Shown here: positions 61,256 through 64,000 of the stretch, piece after piece
Numbering within the stretch: the first letter of the stretch is position 1
Layout: each line of letters begins with the position of its first letter
Source of the DNA: Squalus acanthias
Lineage: Eukaryota
DNA length: 64,000 nt
NCBI GenBank assembly: GCA_030390025.1
Contig: CM059431.1
Location: forward strand, 135,844,001-135,908,000
Direction of reading: 5' to 3'
Translations under genes and position numbers: made by a program
The notes under the pieces: model-generated
The model's input: the letters and a program-made list of their open reading frames with translations, nothing else
Databases searched by the model: none
What the model was told of the DNA's origin: nothing

Positions 61256-63274
61256 CAAAATACATTTTAATTTGGAAAAGCACGTGTTAATCAAGGAGAG
61301 CCAGCATGCATTTGTTAAAGGCAAATTGTGTCTGACTGACTTGATTGAATTCTTTGATGAGGTAACAGAGAAGGTTGATCAAGTTAGTGCAGTAGATGCT
61401 GTGTATATAGACTTTCAGAAGGCATTAGACAAAGTACCACACAGGAGGCTTATTAAGAAGATGGAAGCCCATGTAATTAGGGGCAAGTGGTGGCATGGAT
61501 ATAAAATTGGCCCAGTGACAGGAAGCAAAGAATGGAAGTTTTTCAGACTGGGAGGTGGTTTGCAGTGGTGTTCCCCAAGGTTCAGTTTTGGGTCCATTAC
61601 TCTTTGCAATTTTTATAAACGACCTAGACTAGGGTGTAGGTAGTAGCATTATAAAATTTGTAGATGATATGAAACTTGGCAAAGTAGTAGATAGTGATGA
61701 GAATAGTTGTAGGCTTCAGGATGGCATAGACAGGATGGCGGAATGGGAAGAAGCATGGCAGATGGAGTTCAATGGCATGATTTTGAAAAGTATAGATGAG
61801 CAGAAAGACCTTCGTGTCCATATACACAAATCCTTAAAGGTGGTAGGACAAGTTGATAAGGTGGTTAAAAGCATATGGTTTAGAACATAGAACATAGAAC
61901 AGTACAGCACAGTACAGGCCTTCGGCCCTCGATGTTGTGCCGAGCATTGTCCGAAACCAAGATCAAGCTATCCCACTCCCTATCATTCTGGTGTGCTCCA
62001 TGTGCTTATCCAATAACCGCTTGAAAGTTCCTAAAGTGTCCGACTCCACTATCACAGCAGGCAGTCCATTCCACACCCCAACCACTCTCTGAGTAAAGAA
62101 TCTACCTCGGACATCCCTTCTATATCTCCCCCCATGCACCTTATAGTTATGCCCCCTTGTAACAGCTACATCCACCTGAGGAAATAGTCTCTGAACATCC
62201 ACTCTATCTATCCCCCTCATCATCTTATAAACCTCTATTAAGTCGCCTCTCATCCTCCTCCGCTCTAAAGAGAAAAGCCCTAGCTCCCTCAATCTTTCCT
62301 CATAAGACCTCCCCCCCAAACCAGGCAGCATCCTGGTAAATCTCCTTTGCACTCTTTCCAATGCTTCCACGTCCTTCCTATAGTGAGGTGACCAGAACTG
62401 CACACAATATTCCAAATGTGGTCTCACCAAGGTCCTGTACAGTTGCAGCATAACCTCACGGTTCTTAAACTCAAACCCCTTGTTAATAAACGCTAACACA
62501 CTATAGGCCTTCTTTACTGCTCTATCCACTTGAGTGGCAACCTTCAGAGATCTGTGGATATGAACCCCCAGATCCCTCTGTTCCTCCACGTTCCTCAGAA
62601 CCCTGCCGTTGACCCTGTAATCCTTATTCAAATTTGCCCTACCAAAATGAATCACCTCGCACTTATCAGGGTTAAATTCCATCTGCCATTTTTCGGCCCA
62701 GCTCTGCATCCTATCAATGTCTCTTTGCAGCCTACAACAGCCCTCCACCTCATCCACTACTCCACCAATCTTGGTGTCATCAGCGAATTTACTGATCCAC
62801 CCTTCAGTCCCCTCCTCCAAGTTATTGATAAAATCACAAACAGCAGAGGACCCAGCACCGACCCCTGTGGCACACCGCTGGTAACTGGTCTCCAGTCCGA
62901 AAATGTTCCATCCACCACCACCCTCTGCCTTCTATGAGATAGCCAGTTTACTTGGGTTTATAATTAGAGGAATAGAATATAAAAGCAGAGAGATCATGCT
63001 AGAACATTATAAATCACTGGTTAGGCCTCAGCTGCAGCATTGTGGACAATTCTGGGCAAAACACTTCACGAAAGATATAAAGGTCTTAGGAAGTGTACCA
63101 GGGATGAGGGACTTCAGATATGAGGAGAGGTTGGAAATGTTAGGACTGTTCTCCTTGGAATGGAGAAGATTATGTGGTGACCTATGGAGGTTTTCAGGAT
63201 GATGAGAGGTTTTGCTAGAGTAGATAGAGAAAATGTATTTCCTCTGGTGAGTGGGTCAATAACTAGAAGTCATA
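61256..63274 (+). mobile_element. Old CR1 RT fragment (pieces 61256-61881 and 62946-63274)
   Basis: DFQKALDKVPH and LVRPQLQHC; same subfamily as 40787-41390. Confidence 0.8.
61882..62945 (-). mobile_element. Young CR1 3' end
   Basis: Uninterrupted RT C-terminus (285-aa ORF); (CATAGAA)n tail. Confidence 0.92.
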
Positions 63275-64000
63275 GGGGGAAAAATTCAGTTGGTTGCGCC
63301 TCCCGTTAGCGCCTTAAGAGGGCGCTAATGGGGCGCAAAGCAATTAGCGCCTGGGCGCAGCGATGTTTGCGCCGCTCGCGAACTTAACTAGACATTTTGC
63401 GGCGGCGCTAAACTTTACCGCCGCGATCTCCTGCGCACGCAGATCTTGATGTCATACGAGGGTGCAACGCCCTTGTGGCGCCCCGGAGCGGAAATTGAGT
63501 GGCGCCCCCATCCTTTCCGCCTGGCGCATCCAACGACCGGAAGACTGGAACGCTATCAGTCGCTGTGGGGCTGGGGGGGGGGCGCTATTTAAAGGGGGCC
63601 TCTTCCTGTCTTTCTCTGTGGTTGACATTTTTGCACCACTCGTTCTGAGAGAGAGAGAGAGATTCGGAGAGAGAGAAAGAGAGACTTCTGCATTGAGTCA
63701 ACGCTGTGTGAGGTAGTTTTGGCTACTGATCTTAACTTGGCAGGTAGTTTGGTTTTTGGCCTTCATAACTTTGCTTGCTAAGAGACTATGGGGGCTGCAC
63801 TGATTGGGGGCGTCGTCCTGCTACAGCTGAATCGGAGGACACAGAGACGCAGAGAGAGAGTGGCAGAGAGAGAGTGGCAATGATGGCCAGACGGAGGAGG
63901 GCCAACAGGCGTATGTACAGGAGAGCTTACCCTCCCAGGGTATATCGTGAACAGCTCTCCTACATTCATATGTCTGAGGAGCAGTGTTTGCGAAGGCTGC
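63275..64000 (+). mobile_element. Harbinger family B element running off the window, with the start of a HARBI1-like nuclease gene
   Basis: TIR GGGGGAAAAATT; 63892-63999 reads RRRANRRMYRRAYPPRVYREQLSYIHMSEEQCLRRL; the upstream ATG at 63788 is out of frame. Confidence 0.78.

Overview
Eukaryotic genomic DNA, not prokaryotic. It is most likely from a cartilaginous fish (shark-type HE1/V-SINEs, Deu-domain SINEs, HER1/CR1 LINEs and shark-type Penelope elements). Most of the window is nested transposon debris: many CR1 LINE fragments (APE/RT ORF2, SGNH-esterase ORF1), a second LINE family, an L2 3' end, SINEs, one clear and one probable solo LTR, and many PIF/Harbinger elements (GGG/GGC-starting TIRs, 3-bp TSDs, Myb/SANT and HARBI1-like remnants). 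The standout is a three-layer nest at 17.4-21.9 kb. A complete 2558-bp pogo/Tigger transposon (perfect 24-bp TIRs, TA TSD, intact DD32D triad, one C-terminal frameshift) sits inside a Penelope-like element with inverted pseudo-LTRs, hammerhead ribozyme motifs and a 13-bp TSD, which itself sits inside a Harbinger MITE. The only host coding sequence I can support is two spliced + strand exons at 16.3-16.6 kb of a gene I cannot name. Most ORFs in the supplied track are TE fragments or antisense shadows. Boundaries lacking a stated TSD or TIR are approximate, and all family names come from motif recognition by eye, not from database searches.
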